Assembly (NCBI GenBank): GCA_014384545.1
Contig: JACNFQ010000052.1
Location: 1-57,171 of the forward strand
Direction of reading: 5' to 3'
DNA length: 57,171 bases
DNA from: a bacterium
GTDB taxonomy: Bacteria > UBP7 > UBA6624
Shown here piece after piece: positions 9,989 through 20,065 of the stretch. A model generated the notes under the pieces. It worked only from the letters and a program-made list of their open reading frames with translations. It was not told where the DNA came from and searched no databases. Within the stretch, counting starts at the first letter, position 1. Each line of letters opens with the position of its first letter. Position numbers and translations under genes: made by a program.

Positions 9989-10078
9989 GGCGGGTAGATT
10001 CTAGCGTCCGAACCACAACCGACCCCTCTTGAATCCCTAGTGAGGAGTGCTCTGGTGGGGAGATTCCCTTTGCTCGCC

Positions 10079-10954
10079 CTAGGGCAGGGTTGCTCGTTCG
10101 CCAGCACCCTTCCAACGGTTATGTAACCACAGCCACTGGTCTGGAGATTCCAGAACGAGGCTCTCTATCTCGCTTGTATATCTCTGTGCACCCTCATCTA
10201 AGGACAAACCCGCCAAAGAAAAGGGTTTCCTCACTGCCCAGCGAAACTGCCCCCACGACACACGAAAACATGCTGTAGCCACCAGGGGCACATCTCCTCT
10301 TTGGGCATAAACAACAGGACCCTTGAACGCTCTTGCCATCCTGTCCATAAAGACGACGGGGGTTCCCGATCCTGCGTGTTGGTCACTAACCAACCCCAAG
10401 ACGGTCCCCTCTTCTAGGGCACGTGCCAACTTGACAGCCTCTCGCCAATCTCGTGTAGCGTGACCCATCCCAAACTTCTTCCTCGTTGAAACAGAAATCT
10501 CATCTAATAAACTGTTCTCTTGGCTACGACCCACCACCATGAAAGGTGTGGGGTGTAAACCCCTTGTGATGAGTGCTCCAGCTAACTCCCAGTTGCCTAG
10601 GTGCCCCGTCAATACGATACCCCCGCCCGCTATTGCCTCTAACCCCTCTTCTCCTTCCGCAGTGATTTCAACCTCTTCAAGGAAGGAGGTACCAAGGTGG
10701 TGCATATATAGAACCTCTACAGCTGTCGTTGACAGATTGCGAACAGATTCTTCTAGTAGGACCTCTCTCTCATGGGGCGACAATGTGGGCAAACTCTGAG
10801 ACATCCGTTCCAATGCCCGTAGACGAGGTCCCTTCATCAAGGGCCAAATAAGGCGGTGGGCAGCGGTCGCAATCCTCTCCCCTTGGGCATAGGGCGTGGT
10901 GGCGACCTTCCGCATGGCAAAACGGAGAATGATCGTTTCTAGCCATCTTCTCAT
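10079..10954 (-). CDS. lipid A late acyltransferase family protein (LpxL/HtrB-like)
   Basis: 291 aa. LTGHLGNWELAG matches the H(x)GNWE acyltransferase motif of the LpxL family, and the gene lies next to Kdo/heptose genes. Confidence 0.7.
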   Translation of the reverse strand: MRRWLETIILRFAMRKVATTPYAQGERIATAAHRLIWPLMKGPRLRALERMSQSLPTLSPHEREVLLEESVRNLSTTAVEVLYMHHLGTSFLEEVEITAEGEEGLEAIAGGGIVLTGHLGNWELAGALITRGLHPTPFMVVGRSQENSLLDEISVSTRKKFGMGHATRDWREAVKLARALEEGTVLGLVSDQHAGSGTPVVFMDRMARAFKGPVVYAQRGDVPLVATACFRVSWGQFRWAVRKPFSLAGLSLDEGAQRYTSEIESLVLESPDQWLWLHNRWKGAGERATLP

Positions 10955-10957
10955 TCT

Positions 10958-11926
10958 TTATCCCACGGGGGTAAGTGGAGGGCGTCCCTCCCAGACGGCA
11001 AGGATGTTCTCAATCACCAGACGCCCCATCTCTTCTCTTACCCCCACCGAAGCGCTTCCAAGATGGGGGGCAAGAACGATGCGGGGATGTTTCAAGAGGG
11101 GATTGCTCTGTAATGGGGGTTCGGGGTCGTACACATCAAGCCCGGCTCCAAACAACTCGCCTTTGTCCAACGCCTCTAGAAGGGCGTCCTCATCCACCAA
11201 TCCACCCCGAGCCGCATTGATAAGAATCGCTGTTGGTTTCATCCTAGAAAAGGCATCCCTGTTCATGACCTTTTCTGTATCTGGGAGAAGGGGGGCATGG
11301 AGCGAAAGAAAATCACTTTGCTCCAAAAGCTCTTCCCATGCAACCCGCTTGGCTCCTAATCTCTTTTCACCTTCTTCCCATGGGTAACTATCCGTATAAA
11401 GGACCTTCATGCCAAACCCCACGCTTCGTTCGGCAACGGCACGTCCGATTCTCCCCGCACCGAAGATACCCAATACCCGCCCCCCTACATCCTGTCCCAA
11501 GAGAAGATGGGGTGCCCAACCCTGATACTCACCTCTTGAAACCAAGCGATGCCCCTCTACCAATCGTCTAGCCGAACCTAACAACAACGCCCAAGTGAGG
11601 TCAGCCGTTGCTTCTGTTAGCACGTCGGGCGTGTTTGTAACCACGATTCCCCGTTCTTTACACGCTGACAAGTCAATATTGTCATAACCCACCGCATAGT
11701 TGGCAACGATCTTTAGCCTTGGTGCGGCATCAAGAAGTTCGGTATCTACCCTGTCTGAAAGGAGGGTCACCAACGCAAAAGCCTCTTTCACTTCAGATAA
11801 CAACCCAACTCGAGACATCCGCCCACCTCTTTCGGGGACGACCACATCCCATCCCTCACTCCGTGCCTTCTTGTCGGGTTGTCCGGGAAGATCATGACTC
11901 ATTACCAGTCTCTTTTTCATTGCCAC
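10958..11926 (-). CDS. D-isomer-specific 2-hydroxyacid dehydrogenase (glyoxylate/hydroxypyruvate reductase-like)
   Basis: 322 aa with the NAD-binding motif GIFGAGRIGRAVA, plus INAARGGLVDE and PHLGSAS. Confidence 0.85.
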   Translation of the reverse strand: MAMKKRLVMSHDLPGQPDKKARSEGWDVVVPERGGRMSRVGLLSEVKEAFALVTLLSDRVDTELLDAAPRLKIVANYAVGYDNIDLSACKERGIVVTNTPDVLTEATADLTWALLLGSARRLVEGHRLVSRGEYQGWAPHLLLGQDVGGRVLGIFGAGRIGRAVAERSVGFGMKVLYTDSYPWEEGEKRLGAKRVAWEELLEQSDFLSLHAPLLPDTEKVMNRDAFSRMKPTAILINAARGGLVDEDALLEALDKGELFGAGLDVYDPEPPLQSNPLLKHPRIVLAPHLGSASVGVREEMGRLVIENILAVWEGRPPLTPVG

Positions 11927-11941
11927 TTCCTTAACAGCCCA

Positions 11942-13825
11942 CTACTTGACCTTTGTTCCAGGAGGAACGGCACGATCAGGTGAGAGTAATACGGGTGCAC
12001 CATCACTTGCTGCCAAAATCATCCCCTCGCTCTTTTCTCCGCGCAACAGTGCAGGCTTCAAGTTAGCAACGACCACAACTTGGCGGCCCACCAATTCCTT
12101 GGGTTTATAGGAGCCAGCAATCCCTGCAACAAGCTGCCTGTTGTTCGCTTCTCCCACATCCACACCCAATACCAACAGCCTCTCTGCATCCGGATGGGGT
12201 TCCGCCTTTATCACGGTGCCCACTCTAAGTGAGACCTTTGAAAACTCTTCAATTCCAATCATTTTGTCCTCTTCCTCCCTTGTCACCTTTTTCTCTTTCT
12301 TAGGTGGAGTCTCTGCTTCGATCCGAGGGAATAACTGTTCGGGTAGTCGAAGCGTTGTGCCACCTTCCACTACCCAAACCTCTTTAGAGGGTGTTGCCTC
12401 TGTCGCTCCCAATGCAGCTTGAATCGCCACCGCCGTCTTGGGCATGATTGGTGCCAACATCCTGGCTCCAGTAACCAAGACATCTCCCACATGGGCAAAG
12501 ACCTCTTTCAAAGCCTCAACATCTCCCTCTTTTTGTGATTGCCAAGGCGCTGCATCATTTATGTACTTATGCCCCCACCTCATTAAATCCAATGCAGATT
12601 CTGTTGCCTTTTGCAAAGCACAAGCCTCCATCGAACACCTCCACGACTCTAGTAAGGCGTCACGCTTTTCGGTATATTCAGACAGGGGGGTTCTTAACGG
12701 AGGAACCTTGCCACCTAACCATCTCTCTACCATCGTTCCTGCACGATGGAGCAGATTGCCCACTTCGTTGGCTAGATAAGCGTTGTAACTCTCACCAATC
12801 TGGTCGGGGTGCACAGCCCTATCACTTCCAAAAGCGACTTCATGGAGGCAAAAAAACCGCACAAGCTCATCTCCAAAGGGGCCCATCCCCTCGCCCAGAT
12901 TAGTAGGGTCAATAACATTCCCCAAACTCTTGCTCATCTTCGTCTCGCCGATCGTGAGATAGCCATGAAGTTGCATCCCCAACGGTAAAGGCACATCGGC
13001 AGCCATAAGTAAGGCGGGCCAAACACCCGCATGGAACCATAAGATATCTTGAGCCAACAGATGAATGGTACCTTTCCACCTCTCTTCCCAATTATCCTCA
13101 CGCTCCCACCCAACTCCCGTGAGATAACTAATCAACGCATCAAACCAAACATAGAAGACGAAATCTTCATCATCTGGCACCTCAACACCAAATGCGTGGC
13201 GTGCCTTTGGTCGCGTGATGCAAAGATCTTCAACGGGGCCTCGCAACCTGCTAAGAATCTCGTGGCGCCGTTTCATTGGCTTAACAAATTCAGGATTAGC
13301 TTCAATATGGTCGGCGACTTTAGGTGCCCACTTTGAAAGTGGAAAAAACCAAGCAGGCTCTTCTATTTCTTCAAGTTTGTCCCCTGTCAATGGATCTCTA
13401 TTTCCGCACTTTTCTGCTTCCATCGGGGGCACAAATCGCGCTTCTCTAACGTTGTACCACCCTTCATAAACACCTTTGGTAACTTCTCCTCTCTCCTTTA
13501 GCCGAAGAAAAAACCTCTGCACATCTTGATGATGTAAAGGTTTGTCTGTAGCAACAAAGGTATACGCTTGAACTCCCAACGTCTCCATGAGGTTCTCCCA
13601 CCGTGGTCGCATTAGTTCTACAAATGCTTGGGGGGTAAAGCCCCTTTCTTCTGCCACTTTGGCAATCTTCTCGGCATGTTCATCCGTACCCGTAATGAGG
13701 CGCACGTCCCCGCCCTTGCCTCTGTGATATCTAGCCAAAGCATCCGCAGCAATTGTGGTATACGCATGCCCCAAATGGGGGTCCGCGTTGGGATAGAAGA
13801 TGGGCGTCGTTATCGCACGAATCAT
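11942..13825 (-). CDS. metG: methionine--tRNA ligase with C-terminal tRNA-binding (Trbp111/EMAP-like) domain
   Basis: 627 aa with ITTPIFYPNADPHLGHAY (HIGH), KMSKSLGN (KMSKS) and a C-terminal LRVGTV..AEPHPDA..L....VD.G tRNA-binding domain. Confidence 0.97.
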   Translation of the reverse strand: MIRAITTPIFYPNADPHLGHAYTTIAADALARYHRGKGGDVRLITGTDEHAEKIAKVAEERGFTPQAFVELMRPRWENLMETLGVQAYTFVATDKPLHHQDVQRFFLRLKERGEVTKGVYEGWYNVREARFVPPMEAEKCGNRDPLTGDKLEEIEEPAWFFPLSKWAPKVADHIEANPEFVKPMKRRHEILSRLRGPVEDLCITRPKARHAFGVEVPDDEDFVFYVWFDALISYLTGVGWEREDNWEERWKGTIHLLAQDILWFHAGVWPALLMAADVPLPLGMQLHGYLTIGETKMSKSLGNVIDPTNLGEGMGPFGDELVRFFCLHEVAFGSDRAVHPDQIGESYNAYLANEVGNLLHRAGTMVERWLGGKVPPLRTPLSEYTEKRDALLESWRCSMEACALQKATESALDLMRWGHKYINDAAPWQSQKEGDVEALKEVFAHVGDVLVTGARMLAPIMPKTAVAIQAALGATEATPSKEVWVVEGGTTLRLPEQLFPRIEAETPPKKEKKVTREEEDKMIGIEEFSKVSLRVGTVIKAEPHPDAERLLVLGVDVGEANNRQLVAGIAGSYKPKELVGRQVVVVANLKPALLRGEKSEGMILAASDGAPVLLSPDRAVPPGTKVK

Positions 13826-15126
13826 TCCTCTAAACTCCTCAAATTGAACCGAATACGCTCTGGAGTCAATATCTCAAAGTTCGGTATTGCCGAAGTCGCC
13901 TCAATCTCTACCAATACGCCCCCTGTAAAGTTCGTCATTTCTCGGGCAATCTCAACCAACGATGCCAACGGGTACAAAACACGCTTCTGAGAAAGACGGT
14001 CTGGCAATACCCCCCTATCTCCCGCCAATCGACTTGCCTCACCCAACATCTCCTCCAGCCGACCATAGTTCGTATTCAAATCTCCCGACTCCTGGAAAAA
14101 CCGTCTAACGACGACCTCCCCCTTCGGAAAGACAGCCCTTACAGGCACCCAAGACATCGTCAAGCGAACGCCCTCTCCTCGAAAAGCATTCGTTGCAGCA
14201 ATCACCCGCAAGAACTGCCACCCCAAGGAGTTGTCCCATACCTCCATCGCTTGGCGGGACAAACTTTCAGGGGTCTCAGTTCCTAATCTGACCTCTAGTC
14301 GCTCCAGCTCGGACTCTAACAAGACAAACTGAGAAGCAAGCCCTTCTTCCATCGCTTCAGGAGTTGCCTCTTGCCTAAATAGGTATCGTCTAAGCTCTAG
14401 CCCCTTGGGAAAAAGCATCGTTCCTTCTCCGGGCAACGCCTCTGCCTCTAGAAGGGCAGCCCCCAACTGAAGAACCTGTTCCTCCAGCGCTGCTCTCGTA
14501 GCTGTCAATACCTCTACTTCGCCCTGTTTTTTGGCCAGATCGTCCTCCACATCCACCAAGGCTGTCTTCAAAAGGTTGAGCTGATAGAGGCGCTGTCCCG
14601 ATTCTTCCTGAGCCACATCCCTTTCACTCTCCAGTCCTGAGATTTCTCCTTGGAGCGATTCCACTTCTGTTGCAATCGCCAAGAGTTCCTCTTCTGCGGT
14701 CAGTCTCTCCGCATCTAAACGAAGAATTGTCTCGTTTTTCTCGGCAAGGTCCCCTTGCAACCTCCCCTGATCTTCCAGAAGTGCCTCATTCCTGATTTCC
14801 AGCAATGCCAAAGAGGCTGTGGCGTCTTCCATCTGTATTGAGACCGTCTGGAACTCTTCTTTCAGTTCCTCTATCTTGAAGATAGCGTCTCGCACATCTG
14901 CACTCACCCAAGAAAGGAGACCGAAGATAAACCCCGATACGACAATGCCCGAGAATCCTGCCCAAATCGCAGAAGCATGCTTGGGGCGCAATCCCCACAA
15001 TCTCCGACGAGACCGTGCAAACCGCCTGCCCGCTAAATCGCCCAAATAGGACAACACACCCCCCGCCAACAGAAGGAAGAGAAGCCGGAGTGCCCCGCCT
15101 GGGGTCAACCCAACACACCATACCAA
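13822..15126 (-). CDS. membrane-anchored coiled-coil protein, DUF3084-like
   Basis: 434 aa. The N-terminal TM segments with YLGDLAGRRFARSRRRLWGLRPKHAS resemble the DUF3084 N-terminus as I recall it. A long E/L/Q-rich coiled coil follows. Its stop region overlaps the metG start by 4 nt. Confidence 0.55.
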   Translation of the reverse strand: MVWCVGLTPGGALRLLFLLLAGGVLSYLGDLAGRRFARSRRRLWGLRPKHASAIWAGFSGIVVSGFIFGLLSWVSADVRDAIFKIEELKEEFQTVSIQMEDATASLALLEIRNEALLEDQGRLQGDLAEKNETILRLDAERLTAEEELLAIATEVESLQGEISGLESERDVAQEESGQRLYQLNLLKTALVDVEDDLAKKQGEVEVLTATRAALEEQVLQLGAALLEAEALPGEGTMLFPKGLELRRYLFRQEATPEAMEEGLASQFVLLESELERLEVRLGTETPESLSRQAMEVWDNSLGWQFLRVIAATNAFRGEGVRLTMSWVPVRAVFPKGEVVVRRFFQESGDLNTNYGRLEEMLGEASRLAGDRGVLPDRLSQKRVLYPLASLVEIAREMTNFTGGVLVEIEATSAIPNFEILTPERIRFNLRSLEE

Positions 15127-15229
15127 TGTAGATAGATGGCAACGAACAACGGGAACCCCACCAAGAGGAGAAGAGCTCCTCCTAATAGAAGGGGGTGGGG
15201 CACCATGCCTTTAGAGGGTTTCAGGGGCC

Positions 15230-16024
15230 TTATCCCTCTTTCTTCTTTGCTGCTTGATCGTCCAAGAAAGAATGTACTTTCTTCTTTGATGCGGGCAAAG
15301 ACCAAGACTCTGCAAAGAAGGAGGCTTCCGCTTCTAGCCCCGCACACAACCCCCTTTCAAGTGGCATTTGAAGTGCTTTCTTTGCCAGTGCAATGACATC
15401 GGGGTCTTTCGCAACGATAGGCGCCAAGAAAGCGAATGTCTCTTCTAAAAGGTCGCTATGGGCAACCGCCTTGTGAACCAAGCCCATTTCAAGCGCTTCC
15501 TTTGCGCGAAACTGCCTACCAGTCAAAACCAAATCCAACGCAGTAGGTCTCCCGACTAAGCGCGTAAGACGCTGAGTACCCCCCCAACCAGGGATTAGAC
15601 CGAGGTTGACTTCAGTCTGCCCAAACCGTGCACGCTTACTGGCAATCCGAAAATCACAACAAAGGGCAAGCTCTAATCCACCACCCAAACAGATGCCGTT
15701 GATAGCAGCGACCGTTACTAGGGGTATTGATTCAAACATCCCCCAAACCCGAATACCTTTCTTAGAGAGAGAGTGGGCACCAACGCTATCTTGCTCAATA
15801 AGTTCGGGTAAGTACGCCCCTGTTGAAAAGACGGGTCCACACCCCGTAAGAACGACCGCGTGTAATCGGTCGTCATTTGTAGCATTATTCAAAACCAGCT
15901 CTGTCTCTTCCAAAAGGGCATCAGATAAATTGTTTAGGGGATTGCCCGCCCACACAATCCGAACCACAAGCACTCTCTCTTGCTCAATCGCAGCCTCGAT
16001 GTAGTCTCCTTTATATGGGAACAC
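15230..16024 (-). CDS. enoyl-CoA hydratase/isomerase (crotonase) family protein
   Basis: 264 aa. VVLTGCGPVFSTGA...AAINGICLGGGLELALCCDFRIAS...FGQTEVNLGLIPGWGGTQRL is the crotonase fold signature. Its GTG start shares one nucleotide with the stop of the upstream gene (TAGTG). Confidence 0.85.
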   Translation of the reverse strand: MFPYKGDYIEAAIEQERVLVVRIVWAGNPLNNLSDALLEETELVLNNATNDDRLHAVVLTGCGPVFSTGAYLPELIEQDSVGAHSLSKKGIRVWGMFESIPLVTVAAINGICLGGGLELALCCDFRIASKRARFGQTEVNLGLIPGWGGTQRLTRLVGRPTALDLVLTGRQFRAKEALEMGLVHKAVAHSDLLEETFAFLAPIVAKDPDVIALAKKALQMPLERGLCAGLEAEASFFAESWSLPASKKKVHSFLDDQAAKKKEG

Positions 16025-17808
16025 TAGAACTTGAACTCAACCCCTCCCTTTTTCTTCCACTCCGCCGCCTTGGGTGCTCTCTTCTTACCCCTGTCAATCT
16101 CTTCCTTGCTTTGGAGGTAAAGGTCACCAGGGACACAGGGTGGGTAAGGGAATTGCATAATGACTGGTTGACTAAACCGTGCATGTTTCAAAAGGAGCGT
16201 TCCCTTAGGGAAAATCGCCATCTTGGACTTCACCTCTTCTGGCAAATAGGCGTAATCGGGTAGACCCAACTCGGTGGGTCCCGACCTTCCATAACAGAGG
16301 GTACTGGAGTTATCCGTAACCTGCTTGTCAATCATGGAGGCAAACTGTTCTGCTCCAAAAAGGGTAAGTCCCAACGACCGACCCCGTGCTGTGGCATGGA
16401 CAATCGCTTCCTTGAGGCTCGTTTCACTATCCGCAGGGGCAAACTTATTCAACTCATCCACAAAGACGATGATGTTATCTAGTCCTTCGGTTTCGGTCTT
16501 CTTTTCAACGAGTTCCGCCAAGCGACGCAATGTGCGTTCAAAGACCATTTTTTGCCCCCTCTCATGGAGAGCTTGGATATCAATTACGAAGATGTCTCCC
16601 GTCTGGAAATCATCCAAAGGAATGTCTTTGGGCTCCTCAGGAATGTCCCTTGAGTTCACCAATCCTTGGAAAAGGTCAGGGAGTGTCACGATGTTCTGAA
16701 CCAACTTGAAGAAGACCGTGCGCGTATGCCCATGCCAATGTTCTCTATCCCTCATCACCCGCCGCTCTTCGGTTAGGAAATCTACCAAATCAGGGAAATC
16801 GGACAGGGTATCGTCCTTATCTACGATATCCAGTAGATCCTCGTAGGCTGCTTGGACATTGTCATCCCAGTCCTCCTTCTCAAAAAGGTTGGGTAAGTAT
16901 CGGCGGAGTTCAGGAATATCCCAGAGGAAAACTTCTACTTTTCCGTCTTGACGCAAACAGTTCACCTTTGCTGTGGTATGCCCAGCATAGGGTGCAAAAA
17001 TACGGATTTGGTCAAAAGGTTCCGCTGGTACACCTAACTCTTTGTAGATGCGACGGTAGTAATCCCCCCGTTCGCCCACTTCATCAAGTTCGGGGTTCTT
17101 CTTGTCTAAGAACAGAAGATCCTTCCCTTTGACATTGAAGAGAACGATCCCAATGCGCCTCTTACGATAGGCATCGTTTTTCTTGAAGAAAGTCTGGACA
17201 CTCTTTAGCATAAACTCCACCAAACTTGTCTTTGTAGCCAAACCCGAGATACCACTAATATTGAAGTGGGCGCCTTCGGGCCCCAATAGAAACTCCACAT
17301 CTAAGAAGATCGGTGTGAGTTGCCCATCACCATTCTTGATAACACCGATGGGAACACCCCTGTCTTCGATGTATCCCTCCATCCCAAAAGCACGGCGAAT
17401 TCCCCCGGGGCTGGCGTAGTAGATGCTGGCTCGGGTAACGGGGCGGGCACGCTTATCCGTAGAGCCGATGATATTGGCACGCGCCACTATCACCTCAGAA
17501 ATATCTGTAGGAAGAGTTTGCTCGGGTCGACCAAAATCATGACTAATGAAGTCTGAAAGAAAGTTGGGCATATCCATTGTGGAACGGAGGTCAACAACGA
17601 CACCAAATGTAATGTGTCCATCTGCCCGAACTGCAGCAACGATATTTCCTAGTTCTAGGTTCTCTTCTTGGCGAGAAAGCCAAAAATGGAAGAATGACGA
17701 GGTGTTCGGGTTTTCGGCTGTACTTGCACCCTTCCCTACGGGACCATGGAACTCGTTGATATAACCCCGATAGTCCTCGGTTGCTAACTGAATTTTATTC
17801 TCGGTCAC
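16024..17808 (-). CDS. herA: HerA-like (DUF87/FtsK-HerA superfamily) ATPase
   Basis: Walker B IIVFVDELNKFAP, ARGRSLGLTLFGAEQFAS and an N-terminal barrel-like GNIVAAVRADGHITFGVVVDL. The P-loop position reads NISGISGLATKTS. Start set to GTG 17808, which has GAAGGA 9-10 nt upstream. The longest ORF (to 17967) would overlap the upstream gene by 109 nt. Confidence 0.72.
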   Translation of the reverse strand: MTENKIQLATEDYRGYINEFHGPVGKGASTAENPNTSSFFHFWLSRQEENLELGNIVAAVRADGHITFGVVVDLRSTMDMPNFLSDFISHDFGRPEQTLPTDISEVIVARANIIGSTDKRARPVTRASIYYASPGGIRRAFGMEGYIEDRGVPIGVIKNGDGQLTPIFLDVEFLLGPEGAHFNISGISGLATKTSLVEFMLKSVQTFFKKNDAYRKRRIGIVLFNVKGKDLLFLDKKNPELDEVGERGDYYRRIYKELGVPAEPFDQIRIFAPYAGHTTAKVNCLRQDGKVEVFLWDIPELRRYLPNLFEKEDWDDNVQAAYEDLLDIVDKDDTLSDFPDLVDFLTEERRVMRDREHWHGHTRTVFFKLVQNIVTLPDLFQGLVNSRDIPEEPKDIPLDDFQTGDIFVIDIQALHERGQKMVFERTLRRLAELVEKKTETEGLDNIIVFVDELNKFAPADSETSLKEAIVHATARGRSLGLTLFGAEQFASMIDKQVTDNSSTLCYGRSGPTELGLPDYAYLPEEVKSKMAIFPKGTLLLKHARFSQPVIMQFPYPPCVPGDLYLQSKEEIDRGKKRAPKAAEWKKKGGVEFKF

Positions 17809-17858
17809 AAGTCGTTGTCCTTCTTCTATTTTACTCTTATTCTTTCTGTTATCTCTAT

Positions 17859-18848
17859 CTAGACAGCCATTGCTCCATGTAGATACCACTTGATTGTCTC
17901 CGTTTTGGGGAGGTGGTTTGTCAAGAACTCGGTGCAAACTCTCACAGGATATATGAGCCTTTCCCACTTGGGGCGGGGGTAGGCAACAGGGTTTCGTAGG
18001 GCAAATACCCGTCGAGAAATCACGTCCACCTCGGTAGGGGGAATGGGATACCCAGAATAGATCTCGGGGCGAACAAGTCCAAAACTGGATGTATGCCCCA
18101 TCGGCTGCCTAATGCGGAGAAACCAAGATGTTATTTCGGCGCCTAGATCGTTCCTAAAAGTGAAAAGGGCGCTCCTCTCTCCATACCCAAGGCTATGTGT
18201 CCGCCGTTGTTGCTCGGAAGACAAAAAGAGAGGGTGGTTGTCCTTACATAACCCCACGGCGTGGGGCACACCCTCTGGTAGGTGCGAAAGAGAGCCATCA
18301 ACAAGAATCGTCTCTTGCCCACCCCTCTCTTTGACCCAGTCCAGCAGATGTTCCGATTCCAACTTGTGACGCAACTTACGAACCGCAAAGACTGCAGATC
18401 TTCGTTGGTCAGAAAAATACCCCGATTTTGCCCCCGTGTCGGTAAATCCTTCAGGAAGAGCACACCCTAGATGGGATTGCGAAAGGAGACCAAACTCTTC
18501 AATTCGTGGAGGACCAAACATCTGGAAGCCATTCCTTGTGGTTTGAATAATCAGACTGGCAATGATCGCATAGTGAACAGCAAGCCGCGTATCCCCCAGT
18601 TCGCACGCCCCCACTAGATGTGTGTGCTGAATCCCATCCATAAACCAAGCAATCTTCTCTTCTCCTCCTTCTAGAACCCCCTCTAGGGGTTGGATGATTC
18701 CCCCTTCATGTACTGTGGTGTTTTCCCTTAGATCAAGCCGAGAAGGTCCAAACGCCATCTCTTCAATATGATCTGCCGCAGCAATCTCCCCACCAGAGTC
18801 CACAAGAAAACGGCGAATCAGTTTCAGCTTGTCGGCAAGAAAGGGCAC
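17859..18848 (-). CDS. nurA: NurA-like nuclease
   Basis: 329 aa. The acidic motif series WFMDG..., ...KLESEHLL..., ETILVDGSL resembles the NurA D/E/D active-site pattern, and the gene lies directly upstream of the HerA-like ATPase. Confidence 0.55.
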   Translation of the reverse strand: MPFLADKLKLIRRFLVDSGGEIAAADHIEEMAFGPSRLDLRENTTVHEGGIIQPLEGVLEGGEEKIAWFMDGIQHTHLVGACELGDTRLAVHYAIIASLIIQTTRNGFQMFGPPRIEEFGLLSQSHLGCALPEGFTDTGAKSGYFSDQRRSAVFAVRKLRHKLESEHLLDWVKERGGQETILVDGSLSHLPEGVPHAVGLCKDNHPLFLSSEQQRRTHSLGYGERSALFTFRNDLGAEITSWFLRIRQPMGHTSSFGLVRPEIYSGYPIPPTEVDVISRRVFALRNPVAYPRPKWERLIYPVRVCTEFLTNHLPKTETIKWYLHGAMAV

Positions 18849-19035
18849 ATCGGGATTCTAGATGGGGTATAGGACGCCTTGCGCTCATAGAAAAGGAGTG
18901 CGAAGGTCTGAAGATGGTCTAGCCCATGCCACTAAAGTGTAAAATAGGTCTCTGTCTCCCCAGGGACTCCCCAAAAACGAGGGTTGCCACTTAGATTACC
19001 AGTGCAGAGACTATTACTTGATTAGGAGGTTTGTT

Positions 19036-20064
19036 ATGAGACAGAAAAACGGAACAAGAAAAATACTCTTGGCTTTGTTGATTCTGACCCCGGTCGCTCT
19101 AGTGGCAATACCGGTGGGCGGAACAGATGTTTCTCTAAAAGGAGATGTCAACTTTAGGTATATTGACAACGATGGAGATACCGTTGGGGATAGTGCGGCT
19201 AGCGAACTACGCATCCGTCTCTTTGTTGGTGCAAAACTCACCGAATCGTTTTCGACAAATGCGGTGCTTTATGTCACTAGTAACCCACCCAACACAATTG
19301 CCGAGATTGGGAGTTCTTTGGGGGGGTCGATGGTCGCTGGTCCCGCCTATGTGACTTGGCACAATCCTTGGGGAGATTTAAAGGTAGGAAGGTTACACGC
19401 CAAGATGATTGGGAATAACTTGGTGGATAACACCGATATCTTTCATCAGTTCCAACTAGGCGTTTTCCATGGTGCTTTTGCTAGCTTCAATGACTTCAAT
19501 CGCTGGGACTTGGATTTCTATCTAAGAGAATCAAATGGTGTTGGTGCAACGGACGAAGGGCTTGCTTGGGGTCTCACCGTAGGTTTGGATGAGATGCTAG
19601 GTAACAAAGTGCACTTTGGGACAATCTCCTATGACAGTGATTATGCTTTACCTGGCAACTATCCAGCAGCACTAGCAGCGACCTACGATGGATTCCGTGC
19701 TTTTTATGCAGGTGCTTCTATCGGGCTGTCAGATATCACCGACCTGAACCTTGAGTGGATTTCTGGTTCTCAAGACAACTTGGGTGGTGGTTCAACCGAA
19801 GGAACTGCGCTCTTGAGCAGACTAGTTTACCCATTGGGAGATGACCTTTCCTTGGGTGTCGCTTATGGAACGATGGAGCCAGGAGCTACCATTGATGGTC
19901 TCTTTGGTGAGGCAGTTGCAGGAAACCCCGCATCAATGGATGGAGATATGTTGCGGTTTGATCTTCGTTGGAAGAACTGGACATTTAGCTTTATCAACTG
20001 GGAGGATGACTTGGCGGCTCAACAGGATACAGTTCTGCGTGCCGAATACCACATCAAATTCTAG
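19036..20064 (+). CDS. outer-membrane beta-barrel (porin-like) protein
   Basis: ATG 19036 is preceded by TAGGAGG. It has a signal peptide (KILLALLILTPVALVA), alternating beta-strand-like sequence, and a C-terminal ...AEYHIKF with terminal Phe, as in OMPs. Confidence 0.55.
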   Translation: MRQKNGTRKILLALLILTPVALVAIPVGGTDVSLKGDVNFRYIDNDGDTVGDSAASELRIRLFVGAKLTESFSTNAVLYVTSNPPNTIAEIGSSLGGSMVAGPAYVTWHNPWGDLKVGRLHAKMIGNNLVDNTDIFHQFQLGVFHGAFASFNDFNRWDLDFYLRESNGVGATDEGLAWGLTVGLDEMLGNKVHFGTISYDSDYALPGNYPAALAATYDGFRAFYAGASIGLSDITDLNLEWISGSQDNLGGGSTEGTALLSRLVYPLGDDLSLGVAYGTMEPGATIDGLFGEAVAGNPASMDGDMLRFDLRWKNWTFSFINWEDDLAAQQDTVLRAEYHIKF

Positions 20065-20065
20065 T

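Noticed and set aside
17809-17967. N-terminal 53 codons of the longest HerA-like ORF.
   Set aside because: They would overlap the 3' end of the NurA-like gene by 109 nt. An internal GTG at 17808 with a GAAGGA SD gives a non-overlapping start.
18849-19035. Search for FNR/NarL-type boxes or a clear promoter upstream of the porin-Rieske-nap cluster.
   Set aside because: I found only a TAAAAT -10-like hexamer (18940-18945) with no convincing -35, and no TTGAT-N4-ATCAA palindrome. That is insufficient to report as a feature.
19841-20065. Upstream part of ORF 19841-20530 (229 aa).
   Set aside because: It overlaps the 3' end of the porin-like gene in another frame. Rieske homology and the TAT motif begin after TTG 20066.
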